A stretch of DNA of 64,000 nt from Octopus bimaculoides. Lineage: Eukaryota. The position numbers were made by a program, and so were the translations under genes. The notes under the pieces were generated by a model that saw nothing but the letters and a program-made list of their open reading frames with translations, was not told where the DNA came from and searched no databases. Positions 39,201 through 48,764 of this stretch are shown here, one piece after another. Every line of letters starts with the position of its first letter. Position 1 is the stretch's first letter. Location: positions 71,632,360 to 71,696,359 of the forward strand of contig NC_068981.1 in NCBI RefSeq assembly GCF_001194135.2. Reading direction: 5' to 3'.

Positions 39201-42200
39201 CCAAATACTCTTAACCTCTTTCTAACCTTCAAACCCAAATTTTATCCAGCTACCCATTAGATTTGATGACAGCTGCTAAACATAGCAAATTATTACATCC
39301 ACACATGAAGGCTGGAGTATTCCAAGTTAGCAACTGGTGGGAATTCTGCCAATCTCATACTGACAACTCCAGGCAGTAAATATACTTTGACCTCAACCCA
39401 TCCAAAGTACATAACGAAAGCCATAACCCTATCAAAATTTACCTGTAGCAATAGCGATGAAGAACACTATCTAGAACACATAGGGGAAGTCTCTAACTTC
39501 CTACCAACTAGAAGGCTTAATTTTCAATATTCTTATGTCTTCTATTTACAACTTAGACATCTCAAACCAGAACTACACTGCTTTCATAAATAGAAACCTT
39601 AAAAGTTTCCTTCATTTGGAACATGACAATCTAGTTTCTTTTAACAGCACAGTCACTACACATATTAAGATAATAACGTTAAGTTAAAAACAACACACAA
39701 ACATCTCAGTTTCAGCAAATGCTAGATCTCCCATACTTTGAAAATTTCTCATTGTGACTCTCACATAACATTGCCTAAACTACATCCAAAAGACTACAAT
39801 TCTTCTTTGAAGCAGAAAATACATCAGCCTTGATTAGCAGATGAATCTCGACAAACTCACCACAAACCACATAATTAAGTGCTGTACACATCAGGATGGC
39901 TTACTGCTACACACACACACAATGTTGATCGCATCCGAACAAGGCCATTCTCGTATGGGTTCACTTAATGCGTTTCAACCTTCTATTTCTATTACAATAG
40001 TCTCTGTGACAAAGACTGTTCCTCATTCTGATACATTCCCATCTTTCAAGTTTTGCACTAAAGCATTTTCTCAACTCTCCTTCATAAGACTGCTACTCTC
40101 TGGAATACCACCTGTACACACATTCTTCTTGCAGACAGAGAACAAAAGATGTTCAAACTGAATGTCAACAATATCGGCAAAAAAAAAAAAAACATGTCAA
40201 AAAATAAAAAAACAGAAGAGGCATAGACTCCACAGGGACAACAAAGGCGACTCATCCTGATGAGTAGTAACTCTGAAGGGAATAAAAACTATTATACTTC
40301 TATTTTTACTTCTACAATGCCTTATAGATCAATCCAGTATTTATTTCATTTTATTGATCGGCGATGGGAGTGAAAGGTAAAGTTGATCTTAGCTGGATTT
40401 AAAATCAGGAGTAAAATGCCATAACTAAATTCCTGGAGACATTTGTTCAATGCTAAAACGCGTCAGCCAATCCACTGCAGACTCTGTGATAGGGTTAGGG
40501 TTAATCCCGATCCACACTGTAAAGTGGTTGGTGATAGGAAAGACATCCAGATGGAAAAACAAATGATAAATGATGACAATAAGCGAAAATGACGATAAAA
40601 ATACAGACATAGGAAGCAAGGAGGTATTCTTTTACTTGTTTCAGTCAACAAATTCTCACTAGTTTACAAATAAAGTTTAACTGATTAAATTCAAATGCTC
40701 TTGTGATGAATTTGTATCATGCCAATTTTTACATAACAACAACAAATTATAACTATGTGGATTCGAAGGAAAAACAAGTCTATGATGATTTCCTAGACAG
40801 AAGATAAAGCTTCAGGAAATAAAATGCATATATGATAATAACCAACCCTAATTTTTTCATACATAACAAAACATATAAGTTGTATAATTTTTCGGAGCGA
40901 GTTATTTGCTGATCAAGTTTGTACCTGATTTGCAATGTTTCAAAAGTTTAGCTATACACACATCTCCAGTTAAATTCATTAGGATAAATCATATATGTGA
41001 CATGTAGAGAGAGGATGTTGAAATGCCACTACATATTTATTCAGTCTGGACTGCAAATTAATATGCACCTGTCAAATTTTCCACACTGACAGTTAAGTGG
41101 TTTTAACACTCTTTTTGCGAATATATATTTGTTAGTAGCTAACTACTACTTAAAATAGCGAATCTGAAGTTCTTTTGTTCTACATGTGTGTCTGTATAAC
41201 ATATATAAACATTTCTGTATAAAATTTATCATGTATTTGTCCCCCAATATCGCTTGACAACCGATGCTAGCGGTTCAGCAAAATAGACTGATAGAATAAG
41301 TACTAGGCTTACAAAGAATAAGTCCTGGGGTTATTTGCTCGACTAAAGGCGGTGCTCCAGCATGGCCGCAGTCAAATGACCGAAACAAGAATAAAAGAAT
41401 AAATTCAAGCCTTTAATTCCCCCATTGAAAATTTGTTTTCAATCATGCTCGTTCTTCCAAATGTGAGTAGATTTGACCGACATTAATAAACATTACTAAT
41501 AGATATTGCTAGTAAAGTTACTTTTTGGAATAGAGACCCCGGAGTGTCGCATAACATACTTTCTCTCTTTACATTTTTTCCCCCGTAGGAATAGTTCTCT
41601 AAATTCCATTTATTTTGGACTCTAGCCAAAATGTTATCTGGAGTTTTATGGTCAACAGTGATTAAACTGTCGAGATAAATCAATAGTTTTTGCAGGAGTC
41701 CTTATCACATAGAAAACCACACCAGTCGTACATTATTATAACATTGAATTGAGAGTACAATGGCAAATTGTCAGGAATTACATTACACTTCTACTATACA
41801 GAATTTTAACTAATTTCATTGCTTTATATTACTATGAAATTACAATCACACACAAATGTCTTAGTAACCCACCAGATTCTAAAATTAAGAATAACCCCAC
41901 CAGTATAATGCTGCATTCTTCTAATGCAGATCCAAATAAATTATGAACTCTGATCTTATTTTTCTCACCTTCAGAAGTTGGGAATTAGATGGGTGTAGAG
42001 AATCTTCCGGGTGTATTTTCCTTCTTTGCTTTACAATTAAGTGATGAATCAAATGATACAATATGTTGGAATTAATCAGAATGACTTTTGGTTAAAGTAT
42101 CATAACAGCAAGCCATGTAATAAAGAGCTGAATCATAATGTTAAAGTTATATCGTATTTTTTTATGTCCCCACCCCACCCCACACAAAAAGGGTTATTTA

Positions 42201-43465
42201 CAAATAACCACATTTCGATAAAAGCATATTTCCCTGCCAAAACACTCCAACAAAATGTATAGCTGTGAAAATTAGTAAAAAGAGTTAGGATTTTATTTAT
42301 AGGAAATATATCACGGGATCAACACGTTCAATTCAACAAGTTTGTCTAAAACCTGTAAGCAATATTAGTACTGCGTGTGCCCTGAAAAAGATATCAAATC
42401 AATTATTTGTGACCTAAATGTCATTTCTTATATCTGATATGAATATCTTAGAACTTCATTAATTTTGATTTCCCTCATTTTCTATTTTGTCCATAAAGAT
42501 TTCTCAGGTACATTACTGAAAATCTTCATATGGGAATAGAAGCACGGACTCAATGAATTCTGACACCTTTCATATTTGTATTTGTTTTTTTAAGAGAAAT
42601 ACAGTTATATCTTTTACAGATCCACAAATGATGACTGTAATCAATAAGATCCGCATTCTTAAAACATTAGGCAATTATCAAAATAAAAGAGCGCAAAAAA
42701 ATAAGCATATGCACAAATTAGATTGAACTCATATTTAAGGAAAAGAAGAAAAAAACCAATAAAGAACAATGAGAAGTAGAATGAACTTGAAAAAATTATA
42801 CTTTCCTACCTAATAAAATCCATCATACGGTTTCCATTAATATAATACATGATATTTCCGTGTATGGACTCGAGATGTGTGTTAGAACAAAGATCAGACA
42901 GTTTAGAATCCAAGTGACATTTCTGAAAGCAAATCTTTTTATTTTCTGTAGTGTCCAAATAATCCTCGGATGATCCCAAAAGAGGTTGTCTTTCATTTTC
43001 AGTACTATGTGAACCAACGCGAACATAATAACCGATTAATAATCCCATAAGGAAAATAATTAGGATAGCCAAACTGATCAAAATTAATGTAGAGTTTGAA
43101 CCACAGGATCCGTGACGGCTTCGGGTGGCTCGGAAAACATTAGTTGAAAGGGGAAGAGGTGAGTAATTAGCACTTAACAAAGATGAATTGCTGGTTCCAT
43201 TACAATTTTTATCATGAGCACCACTGCAGCTACTGATCCAGTTGTAAGGTCCTTTATAGCATAAAGGTATTGAAGAGCTACTACTGTGAGCTAAAAGTTG
43301 TTGAACTTCGTTGTCATCTTCAGTATGACCTATTGTTGTCGCAGATACTGCACTCCATGGTTCCAATAAATGTTTGTTTGATTCAGTAGAAGTTTTTTTG
43401 CAACATATATCCTCATCGAAGTTTACAGTAGTCAAGTCTAAAGACGAGAGCCTGTCCGTCGCCAT
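8420..43465 (-). CDS. M28B-family type II membrane protein (GCPII/NAALADase/TfR fold, NAALADL2-like), probably catalytically inactive; 12 coding exons, 867 aa
   Basis: Exons 42810-43465, 31702-32026, 28064-28186, 24915-25047, 20169-20324, 17927-18025, 16191-16444, 14901-15035, 12768-12953, 11522-11729, 9150-9330, 8420-8567. All GT-AG, phases join, total 2604 nt. GCPII-like motifs: YANYGR, GVLLYTDP, WWGSLNTTYNIG, NVEGTLYG, GWHPQRTIKFYSW, RGVGYVD, FRYHMAVA, RLND. Confidence 0.88.
9150..9330 (-). CDS. M28B-like gene exon 11
   Basis: ttcttttcag|AT GCC CTT to ACC AG|gtattc. Open frame, phases 1 and 2 fit both neighbours. Confidence 0.82.
10215..10445 (+). mobile_element. Old, CpG-decayed SINE family B copy
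   Basis: ggcagaatc..gcttagcagcatttcgtc..gactttgccttccatcc, same orientation as the 44041 cluster. Confidence 0.65.
10600..10710 (-). mobile_element. SINE family C head fragment
   Basis: ggccaaccc..tgcagtgggactgaaccc..aacatggt. Confidence 0.6.
11110..11178. repeat. Perfect 27-bp inverted repeat with a 15-nt spacer
   Basis: Arms 11110-11136 and 11152-11178 are exact reverse complements. Confidence 0.95.
11522..11729 (-). CDS. M28B-like gene exon 10
   Basis: ttttcctgcag|AAG to TTT A|gtaagt. HFRYHMAVARV matches GCPII MFKYHLTVAQV. Confidence 0.9.
12052..12159 (+). pseudogene. 28S rRNA fragment (end of a GC-rich expansion segment plus adjacent conserved core) in intron 9
   Basis: GTCAACTCGGAACTGGTACGGACTGGGGGAA matches the recalled LSU core ACTYAGAACTGGYACGGACNRGGGGAATCC. 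It is preceded by a 14-bp perfect GC stem, 12066-12079/12090-12103. Confidence 0.75.
12768..12953 (-). CDS. M28B-like gene exon 9
   Basis: tctatttcag|GTT CCT GAT CCT to AAG|gtattt. 62 open codons, VPDPD matches GCPII LKSPD. Confidence 0.85.
13691..13890. other. Assembly gap
   Basis: N run. Confidence 1.
14901..15035 (-). CDS. M28B-like gene exon 8
   Basis: tttttgcag|AGA to ATG|gtatgt. RNSFILNSRGVGYVD matches GCPII ENSRLLQERGVAYIN. Confidence 0.9.
15060..15106. repeat. (TAA)n microsatellite just upstream of the exon 8 acceptor
   Basis: Direct reading. Confidence 0.9.
15170..15555 (+). repeat. Interspersed repeat of uncertain family ending in a (TAA)-like tail
   Basis: GC-elevated block with sharp boundaries in intron 7. 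Family not identified. Confidence 0.35.
15590..16000 (-). mobile_element. RTE LINE fragment
   Basis: MLHGSETWTVTAEDMQRLERNEA..WMCNVSVH, similar to 38340-38420. Confidence 0.7.
16191..16444 (-). CDS. M28B-like gene exon 7 (degenerate peptidase core)
   Basis: tttctatag|AT to AAG|gtaact. EGWHPQRTIKFYSW matches GCPII EGWRPRRTILFASW. Confidence 0.92.
16790..17110 (-). mobile_element. Old SINE family B copy
   Basis: gaaagataatgctgaccttgctgagatttgaactcagaac. Confidence 0.6.
17927..18025 (-). CDS. M28B-like gene exon 6
   Basis: ttttatag|TT to CCA G|gtaact. TVSNVEGTLYGKTKP matches GCPII RIYNVIGTLRGAVEP. Confidence 0.88.
18058..18540 (-). mobile_element. RTE 3'-tail copy with internal subrepeats
   Basis: (CAT)n then gtttaacgtc..ggatgcccttcctaac..gtgggtgcttttat. 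Confidence 0.85.
18690..19445 (+). mobile_element. RTE-clade LINE RT/C-terminal fragment
   Basis: GLKMNEIKMKYL..VEDFLYLG..AWAACNSL..SETWTL..KRMLRMAL with stops. Confidence 0.8.
19683..20075 (+). mobile_element. tRNA-derived SINE family C copy
   Basis: gcaggagtggttgtgtggtaagaagcttgc..ggattcagtcccattgtgtggcacc..gatggaaactgaaagaa. Confidence 0.8.
20169..20324 (-). CDS. M28B-like gene exon 5
   Basis: tttttcag|AT to TCA G|gtatga. PISWWGSLNTTYNIG matches GCPII DSSWRGSLKVPYNVG. Confidence 0.88.
20405..21226 (+). mobile_element. Tc1/mariner-superfamily (maT/DD37D-like) transposon, internally deleted and decayed
   Basis: TA+CAGGGTGTT start and a degenerate inverted end. Reads RVAAGRPYMWKQNSAPCHTSRKSQ..PNSPNCNP..RFQNHLEAVVEAEGGYFE* with stops. 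Confidence 0.8.
22495..22680 (+). mobile_element. RTE 3'-tail copy
   Basis: ggtgttaggaagaacatccag..ccaacccatgccagcat..(GAT)n. Confidence 0.75.
22786..23268 (-). mobile_element. RTE 3'-tail copy with a ~62-bp minisatellite
   Basis: Near-consensus tail plus about 4 tandem units at 23027-23268. Confidence 0.85.
23843..24240 (+). mobile_element. Possible solo LTR remnant
   Basis: Starts TGTAG, has a tandem agatctcrcctgcaaccatt repeat, AATAAA at about 24160, and TGG after the apparent end. Confidence 0.35.
24915..25047 (-). CDS. M28B-like gene exon 4 (PA domain)
   Basis: tattatag|ATA to TCA G|gtaata. IYNAQMAGLRGVLLYTDP matches GCPII VKNAQLAGAKGVILYSDP. Confidence 0.9.
25571..25625. repeat. Perfect 55-bp palindrome (27-bp arms, 1-nt centre)
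   Basis: aacattctcttaccaaaaatatctgtt-t-aacagatatttttggtaagagaatgtt. Confidence 0.95.
25805..25924 (+). mobile_element. RTE 3'-tail copy running into a gap
   Basis: cactacactctctgagtggttggcgttaggaagggcatccagctgtag. Confidence 0.8.
25925..26885. other. Assembly gap
   Basis: N run. Confidence 1.
26886..26967. repeat. (CA)n microsatellite at a gap edge
   Basis: Direct reading. Confidence 0.95.
28064..28186 (-). CDS. M28B-like gene exon 3 (PA domain)
   Basis: tttatttag|GGT to AAG|gtaagg. GLLYYANYGRSVDFAYLNKLKVTLIDQIAIIRTGKISISKK. Confidence 0.9.
29640..29720 (+). repeat. 27-bp tandem repeat, about 3 units
   Basis: ccagaagtctytctcctcttacctcta units. Confidence 0.8.
29790..30115 (+). mobile_element. 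RTE 3'-tail copy
   Basis: Tail consensus ending in (GAT)n. Confidence 0.85.
30545..31170 (+). mobile_element. 5' fragment of an RLE-clade (HERO/R2-like) non-LTR retroelement with a C2H2-like finger
   Basis: FSCCGKVFSSYIRLRIHQGKVC, a stop at 30941, then KPKIKWPKANDAASYKKFDNEV. Confidence 0.55.
31440..31610 (-). mobile_element. SINE family C head
   Basis: gaagacacttgccc..cagtgggactgaaccc. Confidence 0.7.
31702..32026 (-). CDS. M28B-like gene exon 2
   Basis: tctattgtag|G GAT TTT to TTC AAA|gtaagt. YIQKKFYQVGLDKVEVLTYNVLVTTPD resembles GCPII [21 protein letters not shown]. Confidence 0.88.
33823..34247 (+). mobile_element. SINE family C copy ending in an RTE-like (GAT)n tail
   Basis: tRNA-like head at 33823, then gcatccagctgtagaaa..ggacattaaatgatgatgat. 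Confidence 0.7.
35330..35660 (-). mobile_element. Old SINE family B copies
   Basis: gaagaaaaaagttgaccacggtaagatttgaactcagag. Confidence 0.5.
36419..36862 (-). mobile_element. RTE 3'-tail copy with a 66-bp tandem duplication
   Basis: Tail plus ORF end. gccaaaggtctcggtc..tttgcctc occurs twice at about 36732-36863. Confidence 0.8.
37603..37668. other. Assembly gap
   Basis: N run. Confidence 1.
37870..38560 (-). mobile_element. RTE LINE 3' portion joined to the common RTE 3' tail
   Basis: REKLGIRGIRCGVQ..YGHMMHMD..CVKKC..LGLTEAM continues into the tail found at many loci. Confidence 0.8.
38690..40190 (+). mobile_element. CR1/L2-like LINE remnant (APE endonuclease and C-terminal region), heavily deleted
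   Basis: NDFNTHN..LHQSVSSPTH..LNLFLT (APE). A RT-x-TLWN-like C-terminal motif and an A-rich tail near 40180. Confidence 0.65.
42810..43465 (-). CDS. M28B-like gene coding exon 1: cytoplasmic tail, transmembrane helix, stalk
   Basis: First in-frame ATG in good context (aatATGg). Hydrophobic LILISLAILIIFLMGLLIGYYV. Donor AG|gtagga, phase 2. Confidence 0.85.
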
Positions 43466-44040
43466 ATTTGTCACACCTGTATATGCTATTAAAGTAATCT
43501 CAGGTGGAGAAAGGTAAGAGTGATAAGTTGTGCTCACGATACACACTTCATTGTTCTTTTCCTCCTTCTTCAAAAGAACTTAACATAATCATGCTACATT
43601 GAAATGTAAACAATCATAAAAAAAAGGGGGGAAGCCTCATAAATTAAGCTTGTTCATACGTAGACGGGTTTGGAAGAACATAAGTAAACAAGAGCAAAGG
43701 GCTGACAAGCAAGAGAGTAACTTGTAAATCCGCTCCGTCTAATCTTTTTTAACGATATGAGCCAGAGCTTATCACAAAGTTTTGTTGTCAGCAGTCAATT
43801 TGACCGACCACCTAAATATTTCTCTCCCTTCCTTCTTCTTTTCTTTCGCCTGACAATAATAGAAACTATAAAAATTAGATATTTTATGTTAGTTATCGAG
43901 AGAAGTATGTATTTAAAATAACACATACGGTTTTTAAAAGCAAAACGACTAAGCAAATTAAAATGTATGATTGAAAATTAAATTAATCAAATAATGAAAT
44001 TAAAACTAATTCACTGGTTATTAAAAAGAAACAAACTTTT

Positions 44041-44670
44041 TAGCTGGCAGAATTGATAGCACGCTGGACAAAATGCTTAGCGGCATTTCGTCCGTCTTTA
44101 CGTTCCGAGTTCAAATTTCGCCAAATTTTGCCTTTCATCCTTTCGAAGGTCGATAAAATGAGTACCACTCGAGTACTTCGATGTAGTAGATTAACCCCCG
44201 CCTAAAAAATTTCAGGCCTTGTGCCTATAGTAGAAAGGATGTAGGCAGCGAGTTGGCAGAATCGTTAGCACGCCGGGCGAAATGCTTAGCGGGATTTCGT
44301 CTGCCGTTACGTTCTGAGTTCAAATTCCGCCGAGGTCGACTTTGCCTTTCATCCATTCGGGGTCGATAAATTAAGTACCAGTTACACACTGGGGTCGATG
44401 TAATCGACTTAACCCATTTGTCTGTCCTTGTTTGTCTCCTCTATGGTTAGCTACTTGTGGACAATAAAGAAATAAGAATCGTTAGCACGCCAGGCAAAAT
44501 GCTTAGCGGCATTTAATCCGTCTTGCTTAAATTCCGCTGAGATCGACTTTTTCTTTCTTCCTTTCGGGGTCGATAAAATAAGTACCAGTTTTGTACTGGG
44601 TCGATGTAATCGACTTACCATACCCCCACCACCACTACCACCATAAAAAATTCAGGCCTTGTGCCTGTAG
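44041..44670 (+). mobile_element. Cluster of three tandem tRNA-derived SINE copies (family B)
   Basis: Repeated ggcagaatcgttagcacgcc..gagttcaaattccgccgaggtcgactttgcctttcatcc with A/B-box-like motifs. Confidence 0.8.
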
Positions 44671-45339
44671 TAGAAATAATAGATAGAAAGTGTTTAAAAT
44701 TTACTTTTTTTTTACACAGAGAGCTAGGACAAATTGCAAATAGGCCGAAGGCGAAAAACACAGTGATTACTACAAAACTTAATTGATATTTTTAAAGTGG
44801 GCATCTAGTCAGTAAATCTATAGGAGAATGAAATTACATCACATTTATACCTTTCGTTATACAAGTTAATATCCCTTCACTATTTTTGCACTTGAACGAA
44901 AGTAATTTACGTTAGATCGAATCCTATGGGCTTTTACGGCTATCAGTATCGATCCTTTCAAGTTTATGACATTGAAGCTTGCGTTCGAAGTTAAAACTAA
45001 TGGTACTTTTACTATAGATTAACAGAAATTAATTTCTAGGAAGAATAAAATTGATAAATTTACCAATTTATTTTACTGAAAAGTCATGGACTTAATAATA
45101 TTCGTGGGGTATCACATCCGTATTCTGAAGGGATTATTCTAACTAGGTATTAGTCATCATGTATTAACATAATTTCAATGCCGGTTTTAGTTATGAAACA
45201 AAAGAGAGAGAAACATTTGTTCACACACATAAACACCTAATATATATGCGTGTGTGTGTGTGTGTCTAAGTCGTCTAAAAGTACATAAGTCAGGGAAAAA
45301 TGCACTCGTATATGTCAATAGAGTGAGTATATTCTTTTC

Positions 45340-45545
45340 TAGTCTGGGTACAAGGCCCGAAATTTTGTGGGAGGGGGGCAGTAGTTTAGATCGATGCCAG
45401 TACGCAACTGGTACTTAATTTATCGACCCCGAAAGGATGAAAGGCAAAGTCGACCTTGGCAGAATTTGAACTCAGAACATAAAGACAGACGAAATACCGC
45501 TAAGCATTTCGCCCGGTGTGCTAACATTTCTGCTAGCTCTCCGCC
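45340..45545 (-). mobile_element. SINE family B copy
   Basis: Reverse complement of the 44240-44400 motif set. Confidence 0.8.
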
Positions 45546-45785
45546 TTAATAGAGTGGATATATTATCCGAAAACAGACATATAATACTGTACATTTCGGA
45601 TAATATATATAAATATATCGTCAGTAGTTCTTATAACCGTAAAGAGAAGCACACTCTAGTACAAAAGAGCAGTGATACATTATATATATTTAGTAGACTG
45701 TTATGGTTGGTCAGAGGGTGACTATTGATTTTGTACCTATAGCGCTTTATAAGCGCGAAGCCAATGGTCATTCTCTGACTGGACG

Positions 45786-45930
45786 TGACTGTGCGGTAGG
45801 AAGCTTGCTTCCCAACCGCATGGATCCAGGTTCAGTCCCACTGCATGGCACCTTGGGCAACAGCCTTCTACTATAGCCTCGGGTCGACCAAAGCCTTGTG
45901 AGTGGATTTGGCAGACGGAAACTGAAACAA
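45786..45930 (+). mobile_element. SINE family C head
   Basis: gtgactgtgcggtaggaagcttgcttcccaacc..ggttcagtcccactgc. Confidence 0.75.
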
Positions 45931-46699
45931 AAGATTACACACTCACCACACACATCTATATATACTATCCGAAGTGTACAATATTATATATCCACTACGG
46001 ATGATCTTACCAATCGCTTTCGCGCTAGGGTTATCACGGAATGTTAGGTAACAATACGATTATATTATCGTACGCTCATCAGAGGCAGCCGATATGGAAC
46101 GAAATATAACCATTCCATATAGGCTACCTTTGATGAGCATAGGGTTATATAATCGGATTGTTACATAATACTCCGTTGTATTCCTAGCTTGAAACCGATT
46201 GGTAATATTATCCGTAATAGATATGTAAAAACTAACGCTTCCTTTTTCCGAGATGAGATTCGAAACCGAATCTAAGGATTTTCGCTTGTCAGATCCACTA
46301 CTAGCCAAACAGGCGCGAAAGAAATTTGTCTTGTCAAAAAATGATGGATGGATTTCCCTTCGACCTATGACCTGAGCCGTGTCATTTAAGGTTCAAGTGG
46401 ACAGGAGACGACTTACATAAGTAATCTGTCCTTCTAGCTGTCATGACCATTATAAATACAGCAATCCGTCAAGGGACTACGGAGAGAGCCATCACTAAGC
46501 AGACAGCCAGCAAGTAACTTGCGCTAGTCAAGCAGCCAACATAGAAGCACGAAAAAGGAAAGGCGATCTTTTGAAGTGAGCTTCGAATGAAGACACATGG
46601 ACAGTTTTGTGACTGAACTTCTTTTGAAGTTGTAGTGAGAGGGGAGAATTGATGTGCGTGCGTATGTCTATGTGTGTGTGAGTGTGTATGTTTGATGGG

Positions 46700-48350
46700 G
46701 TGTGGCTAGCATTGTCTTTGAATTTGTATAGTAGAAACGTTGTGAATTTGGGAAATTTGTTGTAAGCACATTCGTCGATGTGCTGGTTGAGAGGTATTTT
46801 CCTGTTTTCTGGGATCCTAATTTGAGATTTGTGCACCACCATCCTCTGACGTAGGCTGTTTTTTGTGTGTCCATTATATTGCCGTTTGCATCCAGAGCAT
46901 GTAATTAGGTAGATCAAGTTCTCCGATGCACATGTAAAATTAGTTTTTATTGTGGAATTATGGCCTTATTCTAATCGGTGTTCTGATCCTTCTATTACGT
47001 TGACACAAATTCCACAGTTGGGTCTCCCGCATTTTTTTTTATTGTTGGCTTAGTGGTTATTGTTGAGTGTAATTTGGCCTGGGTTAAAATCTTTTTCATT
47101 GATTTTGATTGCATCCTACTTTTGGTGATTGTATGTGTTTTCAGGATTTGGTTCATCTTTAGGTCTTTCTTGAGCAGAGCTGGGCTGTGGAGTATATTGT
47201 TGAAGGCCTCATTGTTATGTGGGTTGTGTGTGGAGATGTAAGGCAAGGTTTTTAATTGTTCTTCCTTCTTGGGTCTTGGTTGTCTAAGTTCTTGTGTATT
47301 TAATTTAAGTACTCTTTGGATCGTATTTTCGATTAAGGGCTGTGGATAATTTCTATTTATGAGTGTGGTTTTCAATTCCTGGAGTCGTGTATAACGGGTG
47401 TCTGCATCTGATACTATAGTGCATATTCTTTTGGCTAAACAAAATGGGATATTAATCCTGGTGTGTCTCGGGTGGCAAGAATCAAATGGCCGGTACTGTT
47501 TCGAATCAGTGGGTTTATTAATAGATATCTGTCTCTATCTTATTCCCGACTTTATGAGGATATCTAAAAACGGTAGTTGTTGATTGTTGTATTCCATCGT
47601 AAATTGGAGGTTTTCATTTAATCCATTTAGAAGTGTTTGGAATTCGTTGAGTTTTTCTATACTTTCATTCCAGAGGATGAAGCAGTCATCGAGATATCTT
47701 TTCCAGTTGTTTTGTATGTAGGTGGAAAAGGAGTTTCCATATTTCTCGAGTGTTCTCTGGCATAGTTTAATCTCGAGATAGCCCATTACCAAGTTCGTAA
47801 AAGAAGGTGCAGTTCGTGTTCCCATTGCAGTCCCCGATTACTGTCGGAAGTAGTCATTGTTAAATATAAAATAATTATTTTCTAGGATAAATCTTAGTCC
47901 TTCTATTATGAGTTCTTTTTTAATGCGAGAGGGGAGTTCATAGGTGAAATTGTCTAACCAGAATGTGATGGCTACTATTCCTAGAGTGTGTGGGATGTTT
48001 GAATATAGGTTGACTACGTCGAAGAATACTAGTAGTGTTTTCTCATTGACCGTTTTTGGGCGGTGGTTTAGCATGTCCAGGTCATCCCTTATAAAGCTCT
48101 TGATGTGTTTTAGGAAGGGTTTCAGTAGAGTGTCCAAGAAGCTGCTGAGGCGGTGGGTTTCACATGCTGGACCTGCTATTATTGGTCTTAGTTTCAGGTC
48201 ATCAGGTGAGGGGACCTTGATAATTATGTCTGTAGCTCCTCACAGACAAGGAATACGACTACATTACCAATTTCAAGAGTAAATCAAGTTTATTCTACGG
48301 TATCCTCAAAATCCACAAAAGTAGAATAATAAGCGATGCATGCAAAGGAG
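46700..48350 (-). mobile_element. Penelope-like retroelement (Neptune-like), RT + GIY-YIG, decayed, with inverted 5' segment
   Basis: LRPIIAGP, GTAMGTRTAP, WKRYLDDCF, C-x-R-x2-C-x2-C linker, IYLITCSGCKRQY. In-frame stop at 47838 and frameshifts. Confidence 0.9.
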
Positions 48351-48383
48351 CATGTGCAGTTATTTGTACTATTATTATTTTTA

Positions 48384-48762
48384 TGTTTATATGTATTTAG
48401 TAGAAAGTGAGTTATACATCTTTAGATTGTATACCTGACTTTCTACTATAAAATTAATGAATATAACGGAACGCTGAACTCCAGACTATCAACTTAAACA
48501 ACACTTTATTCAGGTGGTAAATATATAAACATCTTTAGTTCTTGTTGTTACAGCTTCTGTGTGTATGAGTATAGTTGTTGGGACGTTGTTCTGTAGTTGT
48601 GAGCGAGCTGTCGAGTGTAAGTCCGAAAGATGTAGAGAGACAGCTTAAAATACGTCCATGCTCAATCGCTGGCCAGCGAGAAAGAGAATGAATTGAGCGG
48701 GAAACGCTTGCTTGTTTAATTCTACGCATGCGTAAGACTACGCATGCGCAGGCGTTACTACA
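48384..48762 (-). mobile_element. LTR-like repeat copy 1 (TG...CA, about 379 bp)
   Basis: TG/CA termini at the boundary shared with the other copies. Minus strand has TATTTTAA and AATAAA. Appears identical to 49672-50051. Confidence 0.55.
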
Positions 48763-48764
48763 TG

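Noticed and set aside
40491-40503. AGGGTTAGGGTTA as a telomerase template or interstitial telomere
   Set aside because: Only two units, inside a decayed repeat, with no pseudoknot or H/ACA context.
41483-41683. ORF with LCDTPG resembling a GTPase G3 motif
   Set aside because: No G1/G4 motifs, no splice context, and stops in flanking frames.
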